NCBI GenBank assembly: GCA_963682135.1
Contig: OY821645.1
Location: 1,728,001 to 1,792,000, forward strand
Reading direction: 5' to 3'
Length of the DNA stretch: 64,000 nucleotides
DNA from: Methanothrix sp.
GTDB taxonomy: Archaea > Halobacteriota > Methanosarcinia > Methanotrichales > Methanotrichaceae
Shown: one piece after another, positions 9,732 through 19,103 of the stretch
How positions within the stretch are numbered: the first letter of the stretch is position 1
Layout: each line of letters opens with the position of its first letter
Position numbers and translations under genes: made by a program
Notes under the pieces: generated by a model
Databases searched by the model: none
What the model saw: the letters and a program-made list of their open reading frames with translations, nothing else
Told to the model about the DNA's origin: nothing

Positions 9732-9929
9732 TTATTTATAGCCCTTCTCAACCAGGCCATCACTCCAGTAGTTGTCACAATTCTTGCAGTAGTAGATGGT
9801 CTCAATTACAATCTTCTTCCAGCTATCTGCATCCAATGCCCGCCGGAGATCCTTCTGCTCGCACTCATTGCCGCATTTGGGACAAAAGGGGACATAGTGT
9901 TCCAGTGCTCCCAGGTCCTCGTCAGCCAT
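9732..9929 (-). CDS. Small zinc-ribbon protein (65 aa)
   Basis: CPKCG and YYCKNC; co-oriented and closely spaced between ABCE1 and the deacetylase. Confidence 0.75.
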   Translation of the reverse strand: MADEDLGALEHYVPFCPKCGNECEQKDLRRALDADSWKKIVIETIYYCKNCDNYWSDGLVEKGYK

Positions 9930-9982
9930 TTTTCAATTCCTCATGATTCTGCAGGCAGACCAGGGCAAAAAAGCTGTCGGTT

Positions 9983-11743
9983 TCAAGATTCCTCAACCGG
10001 ATAGTAATACTCGCCCTGCTCCTTTTGCGTTCTGTCCAGTCTCGACTCAGGCTTGTTGACTCTGGGCCGCTTCGTCTCCTCATCACGCCGGAAGGTGATG
10101 TTTATGGCTTTAAGGAAAGCGTTCATGCCCTCGCGCATCTCCAGAGGCGTATGAGCGATACCCAGCGCCCCCGGCGTTCCCTCAAAGACCATCAACCTCT
10201 CCGCGAGCAGATCGATGAGATAGATGTCATGGTCCACAACCAGCACCGTCTTCTCCGAGGACTCGGCAAAGCGCCTCATAACCTTGGCCGCCAGCATCCT
10301 CTGTTCGACATCCAGATGGGCAGAGGGCTCATCCAGCAGATAGAGGTCCGCCGAGCGGCTCAGGCAGGCGGTAATGGCCACGCGCTGCAGCTCTCCACCG
10401 GATAGCTCAGTCAGGGCCTGATCCATCAAAGGCTCCAGACCCATGGGCTTTAAAATCTCAGTCTGGTAGTAGCTGGAGTCAAAATCATGGGTTGCGCCGC
10501 GCAGAAGGCCCTGCACGGTCACATCAGAGTCAGCTTTCAGGTACTGGGGTTTGTAGGAGACTTTAAGCCGGGTATCGAAGCTTCCGGATGTCGGCTTTTC
10601 CACCCCGGCCAGGACCTTGATGTAGGTACTCTTTCCTATGCCGTTCGGACCCAGGATGCCCACCACTTCACCACGACGAATGATGCCTGGCTCTGCTGCC
10701 AGCCGGAAGGAGGAGTACTGCACGTCAAAGGCCTCATAGGCGATGAGCATGGGGATCTCCTTGTCGATCCTGGGTGCATGCACCTCGAAACGTATGGATG
10801 TATCCCGGAAGCGCACATTCTCCTCAGGAAGGTTGCCACGCAGGTATTGGTTGATGCCTATCCTTACCCCTTTAGGCCGGGTTATGACGCCGTAAGCCCC
10901 AGGAACGCCGTAAATGAGATGAATGTTTTCCGCCAGAAGGTCAAGCAGGGCCAGGTCATGTTCCACTACCATGACCGCCTTATCCTTGGCCAGGTCCTGC
11001 AGGATGCGGGCCACGTTGATGCGCTGGTAAATATCCAGGAAAGGACTGATCTCATCGAAGAAATAGAAATTCGCGTCGCGAGCCACCGTGGCTGCGATAG
11101 CCACGCGTTGCAGCTCTCCGCCGGAGAGACTCGATATCTTCCGGTCCATGAGCTTGTCGATGGAGAGACCTTCCACCAGATCGGTGAGAACTCCTCGTTC
11201 GTCCGTCTTTTCCAAGAGACCGCGAACCGGCCCCGAATAGCTCTTGGGGATACGATCCACATACTGGGGCTTGTAGGAGGTCTTGACCCCCTTATCGGCT
11301 ACCTTTTTCAGATAATCACCCAGGATGCTTCCCGCAAAGCGGGCGAAAACATCATCCCAGGTGGCATTCTTTCCCAAATTGGGGCGCAGTATGCCGGATA
11401 GTATGGATACGGCAGTGCTCTTTCCGATGCCATTGGGGCCCAGAAGGCCGGTTACCCGGCCATCAACCGGTACAGGCAGACCGTAAAGTGCAAACCCGTT
11501 CTGGCCATACCTGTGCACCGGATCCTCCATCTCTTCCGGCAGATTGGTGATGGTAATAGCTCCAAAGGGACATTTGCGCACACAGATACCGCAGCCCACG
11601 CAAAGGTTCTCGGTGATAAGGGGCTTGCTGTCCTCAAAGACTATGGTCTCGTCGCCCGTACGCACCGGCGGGCAAAAGTACTCGCACTCTTTGGAGCACT
11701 TGCGGGGCTGGCAGCGATCGCGATTGATGATGGCAATTCTCAT
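9983..11743 (-). CDS. Ribosome recycling ATPase ABCE1 (RLI)
   Basis: N-terminal Fe-S motifs CQPRKC..EC..FCP and CVGCGICVRKCP; two GPNGIGKST and LSGGELQR sets. Confidence 0.98.
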   Translation of the reverse strand: MRIAIINRDRCQPRKCSKECEYFCPPVRTGDETIVFEDSKPLITENLCVGCGICVRKCPFGAITITNLPEEMEDPVHRYGQNGFALYGLPVPVDGRVTGLLGPNGIGKSTAVSILSGILRPNLGKNATWDDVFARFAGSILGDYLKKVADKGVKTSYKPQYVDRIPKSYSGPVRGLLEKTDERGVLTDLVEGLSIDKLMDRKISSLSGGELQRVAIAATVARDANFYFFDEISPFLDIYQRINVARILQDLAKDKAVMVVEHDLALLDLLAENIHLIYGVPGAYGVITRPKGVRIGINQYLRGNLPEENVRFRDTSIRFEVHAPRIDKEIPMLIAYEAFDVQYSSFRLAAEPGIIRRGEVVGILGPNGIGKSTYIKVLAGVEKPTSGSFDTRLKVSYKPQYLKADSDVTVQGLLRGATHDFDSSYYQTEILKPMGLEPLMDQALTELSGGELQRVAITACLSRSADLYLLDEPSAHLDVEQRMLAAKVMRRFAESSEKTVLVVDHDIYLIDLLAERLMVFEGTPGALGIAHTPLEMREGMNAFLKAINITFRRDEETKRPRVNKPESRLDRTQKEQGEYYYPVEES

Positions 11744-11752
11744 GGGTATTCC

Positions 11753-12154
11753 TCAGTTGAGAAGAAGCGTCCAGGTAACCAGCCAGAAGTCGACTACCAT
11801 GAACTCCACATAGAACCAGTCTTTGGTCTTGAAGCCTGATGCATCTATATTCAGGAACTTATAGGTATACATTTGAATGACATAAGTAAGCAGTATTACG
11901 GACATCATGACGAAATGCCAGGGATAAGGAGCGATTGACTCGCCCGAATAATAACAGGCAAAGCCTGCCATGGTCCCTAAAATGGAAGGATATACCGTCT
12001 TGACGATTCCATCAATGCGGTCCTTTCTGCGTTCGGCCGCGCTCTTGGGCGCGACCTTTGGCGGTAGTTTGGCTGCTTTTTCGCCGGGCTTTTCCTGGAC
12101 CGTCGCCAGCCGTTGGTCTTCCTTATTGCCAACCTTTTTTTCTTTCTTGGCCAT
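11753..12154 (-). CDS. Small membrane protein, archaeal EMC6-like
   Basis: Basic N terminus, three TM segments, C-terminal KDWFYVEF...WLVTWTLLLN; sits next to ABCE1. Confidence 0.7.
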   Translation of the reverse strand: MAKKEKKVGNKEDQRLATVQEKPGEKAAKLPPKVAPKSAAERRKDRIDGIVKTVYPSILGTMAGFACYYSGESIAPYPWHFVMMSVILLTYVIQMYTYKFLNIDASGFKTKDWFYVEFMVVDFWLVTWTLLLN

Positions 12155-12237
12155 CCAACCTTTGCATTTCATTATATGATAATAGCGTTTTGGTCCGGGA
12201 AAAGTCCAAGTACTATAACTTTCAAGAGCCTCAGGAT

Positions 12238-12693
12238 GTGTATGTCGTAGCGGATGCTTCAGTGTTTATCTGGGGTAAAAGGCCGGTAGGAGAGCTGATC
12301 ACCGTCCCGGCGGTGGAAGCGGAGCTGAAAGATATAAGGACAAAATCCCTGCTTCACATCTTTGAGGCACGGGTGGAAAGCCCTTCCCCCCAGGCGCGAA
12401 AGGCAGCAGAGCACGCCGCAACACAGACAGGAGACCTCAAAGCACTGTCTTCCGCTGATTTGGATATCCTGGCGAAAGCCCTGGAGTATAGAGCCGTTCT
12501 CGCTACCGATGACTATGCTCTGCAAAATGTCGCTCTTCACCTCGGTCTGAAGATCGAACCCATCGGGCAGCCCAGGATAAAGAGGCTGCTAAAGCACGTC
12601 CAGAGGTGCCAAGGCTGTGGCAGCAAATTCGAAGGAGAAGTTTGTACAGATTGCGGAACTCCTGCCCGAAAGAAAAAGAGGTGCATAAGATGA
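12238..12693 (+). CDS. NOB1 family PIN endonuclease with zinc ribbon
   Basis: VADASVFI, TGDLKALSSADLDILA, TDDYALQN, CQGC and CTDCG; GTG start inferred. Confidence 0.92.
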   Translation: MYVVADASVFIWGKRPVGELITVPAVEAELKDIRTKSLLHIFEARVESPSPQARKAAEHAATQTGDLKALSSADLDILAKALEYRAVLATDDYALQNVALHLGLKIEPIGQPRIKRLLKHVQRCQGCGSKFEGEVCTDCGTPARKKKRCIR

Positions 12694-13307
12694 AGAATAT
12701 TGAAACATTGATGAAAAAGGCAACGGAACTAAAAGCAGAAGGGCTGGTGGAAGGCCAGATCTCGGAGGAGCTGAATGTCTCCAGCGAAACGGTTACCTGG
12801 CTGCTTACTCATGCTGAGAAGACGAGCACATCGCCCGGGCCCAAGGATATCTCTGTGGACTGGTCCATGATCGGCAAGAGCGCCTTTAGGATGAGCCACA
12901 TCTCAGAAGCCCTCTCGGATATCATTATTGAGACTCTGGACGACAACGATTGCGGCGTGGACGCTGTGGTGGGCATAGCTTTAAGCGGCCTGCCTCTGGC
13001 CAGCATGGTTGCCAGCAGCCTCTCCGCAGAGCTTGCGGTATACACCCCCAGCAAGCAGATGCTCACAAAAGAGAGCGGCAAAGCCCGTGGCAACCTGAGT
13101 GCCAATTTCGCCGGTGTTATGGACAAGGAGTGCGTCATCATCGACGACGTGATCACATCCGGCCGAACTTTGGAGGAGGTCGTCGAATATCTGGACGAGC
13201 ATGGAGCCAAGATCAATGCCATCGCCGTCCTGATCGACAAGAAGGGCACGGAAGAGATCGCCGGAGTGCCCGTGGTCTCGCTATTAAAGGTCTTAAGAGT
13301 AAATTAG
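12690..13307 (+). CDS. gfcR: Orotate PRTase-like transcriptional regulator GfcR
   Basis: N-terminal HTH (GQISEELNVSSETVTWLL), PKDISVDWSMIG, PRPP motif VIIDDVITSGRT. Confidence 0.88.
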   Translation: MKNIETLMKKATELKAEGLVEGQISEELNVSSETVTWLLTHAEKTSTSPGPKDISVDWSMIGKSAFRMSHISEALSDIIIETLDDNDCGVDAVVGIALSGLPLASMVASSLSAELAVYTPSKQMLTKESGKARGNLSANFAGVMDKECVIIDDVITSGRTLEEVVEYLDEHGAKINAIAVLIDKKGTEEIAGVPVVSLLKVLRVN

Positions 13308-13314
13308 ATCAACT

Positions 13315-16053
13315 ATGTTCTCCGAGGATGAGTATCGATTAGACTTCTTCGTGGATGAGGGATTCCAGCGCAAGAAGTGCGACAAATGCGGAAAATTCTT
13401 CTGGACCAGGAACAGCGAGAGGAAGACCTGCGGGGACCCGCCCTGCGATCCCTATACCTTCATAGGCTCGCCCATATTCAAACGCGAGCATACCATAGAC
13501 GAGATGCGCGAGCATTACCTCAGCTTCTTTGAGAGCCGGGGGCATGCTCGCATCAAGAGGTATCCGGTGGTGGCCCGCTGGCGAGACGACATTTACCTCA
13601 CCATTGCCTCTATCGCCGATTTCCAGCCTTTTGTCACCTCCGGACAGGTGCCACCGCCCGCCAATCCGCTCACCATCAGCCAGCCCTGCATAAGGCTCGA
13701 CGATCTCGATTCAGTAGGGCGCAGCGGACGGCATCTCACCACTTTTGAGATGATGGCCCACCACGTCTTCAACACGAGAGAAAAAGAGCACTATTGGAAG
13801 GATCGGACGGTTGCATTATGCGATGAGCTGCTGGTGGGCCTGGGCATGGACCCCCTGGCTGTGACCTACAAGGAGAATCCCTGGGCAGGAGGAGGCAACG
13901 CCGGACCGAGCGTGGAAGTCATGGTCGGCGGCCTGGAGCTGGCAACCCTGGTCTTCATGGACCTTAAAGCCGTGCAAAGCGGCTCCATCCAGATCAAGGG
14001 CGAGTCGTATGAGAAGATGAACAACTACATCGTGGACACAGGCTATGGCCTCGAGAGGTTTGTCTGGGCCTCTACCGGCTCGCCTACCATTTATGATGCC
14101 ATCTTCCCGGATCTCGTTCGCAAGGTGGCCGACCTTGCGGGCGTCGAGCACAACCTGCAAGATGCCGAGTATGCCGAGATCTTCGCCCAGAATGCCCGGC
14201 TGGCGGGCATGGTGGATCTGGACGAATACAGCATGGCGGATCTGCGCAAGAGGATTGCGAGCAGCATCGGCATTACGCCAGAGAAGCTGGAGAAGACCAT
14301 CGAGCCCATGGAGCGCATCTATGCCGTGGTGGACCACACTCGCTGCCTGGCCTACATGCTGGGCGACGGCATCATACCCTCCAATGTAAAAGCGGGATAC
14401 CTGTCCCGGCTGGTCATACGCCGCACCTTGCGACTGATGAAGGAGCTGGGTCTGTCTCTGCCGCTGGCTGAATTGGTGGAGATGCAAATTCAAAGGCTGG
14501 ATTACTCGGACTGGCAGGAGCGCTTTGTCACCATCAAGGAGATCCTGGACCAGGAAGAGCAGAAGTATGCCGAGACCCTGGAGAAGGGCAAGCGTCTGGT
14601 CAAGAAGACCGCCGAGAACTTCCTGAAGAAAAACCAGCCAATTCCTCTGGAGGAGATGATCTCCCTTTACGATACGCATGGCATTCCCCCCGAGATCGCC
14701 CGCGAGTCCGCAGAAGAGATGGGCGCGACGGTGGAGCTGCCGGATAACTTCTACTCGCTGGTTGCCAAGAAGCGCATCCGGGCCGAGAAGGAAGAGGCCA
14801 AGGTCAGTCTGCCCGGTAAAACGGAATTATTGTTCTACGAACATCCCAACGAGTGGGTCTTCCAGGCCCTGGTTCTGGATGTTACTGAGGACGGCAGCGT
14901 CATCCTGGACAGAACGCTCCTCTACCCGGAGGGCGGAGGCCAGCCTGCCGATCACGGCACCCTGGACAGGCAGGGCCAAACCTTTTCCGTGGTGGATGTT
15001 CAGAAGTCTGGAGAGGTGGTCTTGCACAAGCTGGCCAAGACGGCCAGCGGGCCGGGCTTGGTGAAGGGCGACAGGGTTAACGGAAAGGTGGACATGCGCC
15101 GCCGTCTGGCTCATGCGCGTCATCACACTGCCACCCATCTGGTGCATGATTCAGCCAAACGTGTTTTAGGCAAGCACGTCTGGCAGGCCGGCGCCCAGAA
15201 GAGCGAGGATCGAGCAAGGCTGGACATCTCCCATTACAAGCGAATTAATGACGCCGAGCTGAAGGCGATCGAACTGGAAGCTAATAGGCGGGTGATGGAG
15301 ATGCAGCCCGTGGACACCCAGTTCCTGCCCCGCACCGAGGCAGAGAAGCTCTTTGGCTTTGAGCTGTACCAGGGAGGCGTGCCCCCCGGAAATCAGATTC
15401 GCGTGGTACGCGTGGGAAGCGACATTGAAGCCTGCGCGGGAACGCATGTCACCAACACAGGGCAGATCGGGGCCATCAAGATCCTGCGCGCCGAGCGCAT
15501 TCAGGATGGAGTGGAGAGGATCGAGTTTGCCGCAGGCGAAGCCGCCGTGCGGGCCGGGCAGGAGCGGGATGATCTGCTCTCCGGCGCGGCTGATGTGCTG
15601 CGCGTGCCGGGCGAACAGCTGCCCAAGACCGCTTCCCGCTTCTTTGAGGAGTGGAAGGCCCAGCAAAAGGAGATCGATCGGCTCAGGGAGGACCTGGCCA
15701 AAGCAAGGCTCAAGACGCTGGTGGCTGAGGCCGAGACCTTTGATGGCCTAAGAATCGTGGTGCAGAAGATGGGCAGCGCCGACATCGATGAGCTTCTCAA
15801 GGCGGCGGCGCTTTTGGCCGAGCAGGACTGCGTGGCCCTTTTGGGCAGCGAGACGGGCAAGCTGGTGGCCGCCGTGGGCCAGTCTGGCCTGGCAAAAGGC
15901 ATCAAGGCGGGCAGCATCATCCGCGCTGCGGCGCGCGCCCTGGGCGGAGGCGGAGGAGGCCGGCCCGAACTGGCGCAGGGCGGAGGGCCCAATGCCGAAA
16001 AGCTGGACGAGGCCCTTGCAGCGGGAAGGGAGGCGATGAGGGCGGGGGCGTAA
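13315..16053 (+). CDS. alaS: Alanyl-tRNA synthetase
   Basis: RYPVVARWRDD, ISQPCIR, HHTATH and CAGTH editing motifs, GGGGGRPELAQGGG. Confidence 0.99.
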   Translation: MFSEDEYRLDFFVDEGFQRKKCDKCGKFFWTRNSERKTCGDPPCDPYTFIGSPIFKREHTIDEMREHYLSFFESRGHARIKRYPVVARWRDDIYLTIASIADFQPFVTSGQVPPPANPLTISQPCIRLDDLDSVGRSGRHLTTFEMMAHHVFNTREKEHYWKDRTVALCDELLVGLGMDPLAVTYKENPWAGGGNAGPSVEVMVGGLELATLVFMDLKAVQSGSIQIKGESYEKMNNYIVDTGYGLERFVWASTGSPTIYDAIFPDLVRKVADLAGVEHNLQDAEYAEIFAQNARLAGMVDLDEYSMADLRKRIASSIGITPEKLEKTIEPMERIYAVVDHTRCLAYMLGDGIIPSNVKAGYLSRLVIRRTLRLMKELGLSLPLAELVEMQIQRLDYSDWQERFVTIKEILDQEEQKYAETLEKGKRLVKKTAENFLKKNQPIPLEEMISLYDTHGIPPEIARESAEEMGATVELPDNFYSLVAKKRIRAEKEEAKVSLPGKTELLFYEHPNEWVFQALVLDVTEDGSVILDRTLLYPEGGGQPADHGTLDRQGQTFSVVDVQKSGEVVLHKLAKTASGPGLVKGDRVNGKVDMRRRLAHARHHTATHLVHDSAKRVLGKHVWQAGAQKSEDRARLDISHYKRINDAELKAIELEANRRVMEMQPVDTQFLPRTEAEKLFGFELYQGGVPPGNQIRVVRVGSDIEACAGTHVTNTGQIGAIKILRAERIQDGVERIEFAAGEAAVRAGQERDDLLSGAADVLRVPGEQLPKTASRFFEEWKAQQKEIDRLREDLAKARLKTLVAEAETFDGLRIVVQKMGSADIDELLKAAALLAEQDCVALLGSETGKLVAAVGQSGLAKGIKAGSIIRAAARALGGGGGGRPELAQGGGPNAEKLDEALAAGREAMRAGA

Positions 16054-16073
16054 AGTTCTGCCTTCATCCATCT
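15753..16073 (+). repeat. Direct repeat copy 1 (alaS 3' end plus 20 nt downstream), 321 bp
   Basis: Matches 17664-17984 with 12 substitutions counted by eye. Confidence 0.95.
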
Positions 16074-16161
16074 CTAATTCATTTTTTATCTGCTAATGAC
16101 TGTGATTATTGCCGCAAGCTTAATGAATTTCATAACTGTACTGTTGTTTTGAGGTAGTGAT

Positions 16162-16971
16162 GTGGTCAAAGATGACATAGATGTCGCCCGCGAAATATAT
16201 CAATCGGTTATGCTGGCGGATAAAAAGCAAAAAAAGATGATAAGCAGTCGTTTTTGGGAGCGTTTTGGTGTTGCTGCCCGGCAACCACAGGTTATAGAGA
16301 GAATAAATGATGTGTTAGATAAACAAGGTCTAAAAGTCGAAGCACGATCAGAAAACAAGTTCGGTGACGAACATTGGGATGAATGGATCATTATCACACC
16401 GAAAATAATCATAGGTGACAAAGCTACTGGTCAAATTCAAACGATAAGGCCAAACAATGAATGGTTTCATGATATAAAATCGAGAGATTTTGAGAGTGAA
16501 CGCGAAGTTGAAACTTATTTTGTTGTACCATTATTAGAAAAACTTGGATACGAATATGATGATATCGTAATTGGTTATCCTGTTGAGATGTTTATTGGCA
16601 CCCGGCGTACCAAGACTGAAGCAGATTTGGCTATATTCAATGGGCGAAGCAGAGAGCGAAAAGATGCGCTTCTAATCATTGAAGCTAAAAAAAGCGATAA
16701 TGATATCAAAGAAGATCACATCGAACAGGCGAAATCCTATGCCCAAGTGTTAACACCTGCGTGCTACATTGTGACTAATGGTATGAGGATTAAGGTATTT
16801 TTATTCAATGGATCTTTGGCACCGGACGAGTGTATTCTGGATTTTGATAGATCAATGCTTATTGAGAAATGGGACGAATTATATCAATGCGTCAGCAAGA
16901 AAGCGACCGTTTTGCGGAAGCATAAGTTGCTCACATTTATATCAAAAGAGCAGCCAATAACATCTTCGTGA
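16162..16971 (+). CDS. Stand-alone HsdR N-terminal-type PD-(D/E)XK nuclease domain protein
   Basis: EREVETYFVVPLLEKLGY, EADLAIF, IIEAKK, QAKSYA, IVTNG; AT-rich. Confidence 0.82.
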   Translation: MVKDDIDVAREIYQSVMLADKKQKKMISSRFWERFGVAARQPQVIERINDVLDKQGLKVEARSENKFGDEHWDEWIIITPKIIIGDKATGQIQTIRPNNEWFHDIKSRDFESEREVETYFVVPLLEKLGYEYDDIVIGYPVEMFIGTRRTKTEADLAIFNGRSRERKDALLIIEAKKSDNDIKEDHIEQAKSYAQVLTPACYIVTNGMRIKVFLFNGSLAPDECILDFDRSMLIEKWDELYQCVSKKATVLRKHKLLTFISKEQPITSS

Positions 16972-17216
16972 ATAATGAAGATTTGCTCGAAAGGATTACA
17001 ATAAATCCCAAAGTAATGGTAGGCAAACCCGTTATCCGCGGCACCCGGCTCACTGTGGAGTACATCCTGGGACTCCTGGCTCATGCCACCACCATGGAAG
17101 AGATCCTGGAAGAGTATCCCGGCCTGGCGAAAGATGACATTTATGCCTGTCTTTTCTTTGCCTCCAAGACACTTCAAGATGCCTCCTTCGTCCCCCTCGC
17201 GGCCGAGGCCGTTTAG
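16968..17216 (+). CDS. DUF433 antitoxin
   Basis: RITINPKVMVGKPVIRGTRLTVE, EEILEEYPGL. Confidence 0.93.
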   Translation: MNNEDLLERITINPKVMVGKPVIRGTRLTVEYILGLLAHATTMEEILEEYPGLAKDDIYACLFFASKTLQDASFVPLAAEAV

Positions 17217-17576
17217 ATGCGATTTCTGGTAGACGAGTGCGTAGGCCCCTCTGTCGCGCAATGGCTGCGCGAGAATAATCATGACGCTATCTCTGCCTAT
17301 GAGGATTGCCGGGGTTGGGAAGACGAAAGCATACTTGAAAAAGCCCACTCGGAAGAGCGCATAGTAGTAACCATGGACAAGGATTTTGGAGAGATGGTTT
17401 TTCGAATGAGATTACCTCATTGCGGCGTTATTTTACTTCGCAGTGCTTACTGCGGCCCATCTAAAAAAATCTCGATGATGAAAAAGGTCCTTTCTCTTCC
17501 GGAATCAGATTTATCCGGTCGCTTTGTCGTGGTAACAGAAGCTGCGATCAGGATCTCTGGAGCTGTCACTGATTAG
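17217..17576 (+). CDS. DUF5615 PIN-like toxin
   Basis: MRFLVDECV, RIVVTMDKDFGE, HCGVILLR; abuts DUF433. Confidence 0.92.
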   Translation: MRFLVDECVGPSVAQWLRENNHDAISAYEDCRGWEDESILEKAHSEERIVVTMDKDFGEMVFRMRLPHCGVILLRSAYCGPSKKISMMKKVLSLPESDLSGRFVVVTEAAIRISGAVTD

Positions 17577-17663
17577 ACGATTCTTTACAGATAGAAACGC
17601 CCGCTGATGGTATCAAGCGGCTCATGACCTTGATTCGTCAGCCCGAGACACTGGACGGCTCAA

Positions 17664-17984
17664 AATCGTGGTGCAGAAGATGGGCAGCGCCGACATCGAT
17701 GAGCTTCTCAAGGCGGCGGCGCTTTTGGCCGAGCAGGACTGCGTGGCCCTTTTGGGCAGCGAGACCGGCAAGCTGGTGGCCTCCGTAGGCCAGTCTGGCC
17801 TGGCAAAAGGCATCAAGGCGGGCAGCATCATCCGCGCTGCGGCGCGCGCCCTGGGCGGAGGCGGAGGAGGCCGGCCCGAACTGGCGCAGGGCGGAGGACC
17901 CAACCCCGAGAAGCTGGACGAAGCCCTGGCGGCGGGAAGGGAGGCGATGAAGGCGGGGACGTAAAGTTCTGCCTTCATCCATCT
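17664..17984 (+). repeat. Direct repeat copy 2: duplicated alaS 3' end (C-Ala domain, open frame 17668-17964)
   Basis: About 96% identical to 15753-16073; more diverged alaS-like codons continue upstream to about 17615. Confidence 0.95.
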
Positions 17985-18313
17985 TCTCTTCATGGCCTTG
18001 GTCTCTGCCGGGCGGCCCTCCCAGCAGGACGGACCGCGGCCTCATCAGTGATCTGGTCTATTCAGGATGGAATCATCTAAATATCGATTAATTAGGCCCA
18101 ATTATTGAAACAAAACGTTCTTGAGTTTATTTATCGGTAATAAAACGATTTTTCGCCTTTTGTCGAAGTTCATTTCGATGCTCAGCATATTTCCGAACCG
18201 TTCGTTCTGTCCCATCTTTTTCTATCGTTCCTGACAGGGTGGTGATTGTGAATGTCGCAAGCGATGCAATTCGCCTGACATTCGCAAAGAAAAAGTTGCG
18301 AGGTATAAGAAAC

Positions 18314-18799
18314 ATGAAGACTAAGATCGCATTGGCCGTAATGGCACTGGCTATGGTCTGCCTTTCCCTGGCACCGGCTATGGCAGCCCCCTTCGATGGC
18401 AACAAAGACAGATGCAATGCCTCCATGCAGAGAGGCGGGTCTGATGGACCACATAACTGGATGCTCCTGGTAGATGATGCCACACGAGAAAATTTCGATA
18501 ACATGACCTTAAACCAGATAAAGGAATTGCGCGAAGAGAAGACGGCAGAGCTTAACAACATGACAATAGCTCAGATTGATGAGTTGCAGAAAAAGCAGAT
18601 GGAAAAGCTCGGCAACATGACACTGGCCCAGATCAGAGATATGAAGATGGACCGCATGGGCGGGATGGGACCGGGCATGATGGGCAATGGAATGATGGGT
18701 CCTGGCATGAACGATCAGGGACCAATGGGCCAGGCCGGCAATTGCCAGGGCAATGGAAATGGATGTGAATCCGGCAGCCAGCAGCGTGGCGGCAGATAG
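18314..18799 (+). CDS. Secreted protein with three 19-aa NMTxxQI repeats and a Met/Gly-rich tail
   Basis: Signal peptide ending AMA-A; RBS GAGGT; repeats NMTLNQI, NMTIAQI, NMTLAQI. Confidence 0.8.
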   Translation: MKTKIALAVMALAMVCLSLAPAMAAPFDGNKDRCNASMQRGGSDGPHNWMLLVDDATRENFDNMTLNQIKELREEKTAELNNMTIAQIDELQKKQMEKLGNMTLAQIRDMKMDRMGGMGPGMMGNGMMGPGMNDQGPMGQAGNCQGNGNGCESGSQQRGGR

Positions 18800-18869
18800 A
18801 CAATAGCGATTGCTGAATAATTTCAGCCGGAAAAAAGATGAAGATGGCCAGCCGAAAGGCATAGCCATC

Positions 18870-19103
18870 TGACAACATCTAATTTTGGGCAATACTTATG
18901 ACAGACATTGCCGCATTCTAGCAAACAAAGCTGGAATACGCAAGAGAAGGCAATACATACGAGCTTGGTTATGTAACGTTTGATCTCGCTCTGATTGAGT
19001 GAAGATTTTTCATGACAAAACCATGACTGCTGCAATTCTCGATATGATCGTGCACCACGCATTGATACTGAACATGACGGTGAGGGCTTTCGCAGAGAAT
19101 AAT
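18870..19103 (+). pseudogene. istB: IS21-family IstB helper ATPase relic
   Basis: Fragments ELGYVTFD (18961), SD*VKIFHDKTMTAAILDMIVHHALILNM and frameshifted GEGFR; internal deletions. Confidence 0.75.

Noticed and set aside
16162-16971. Complete type I restriction-modification system
   Set aside because: Only the nuclease-like domain is present; no helicase, hsdM or hsdS
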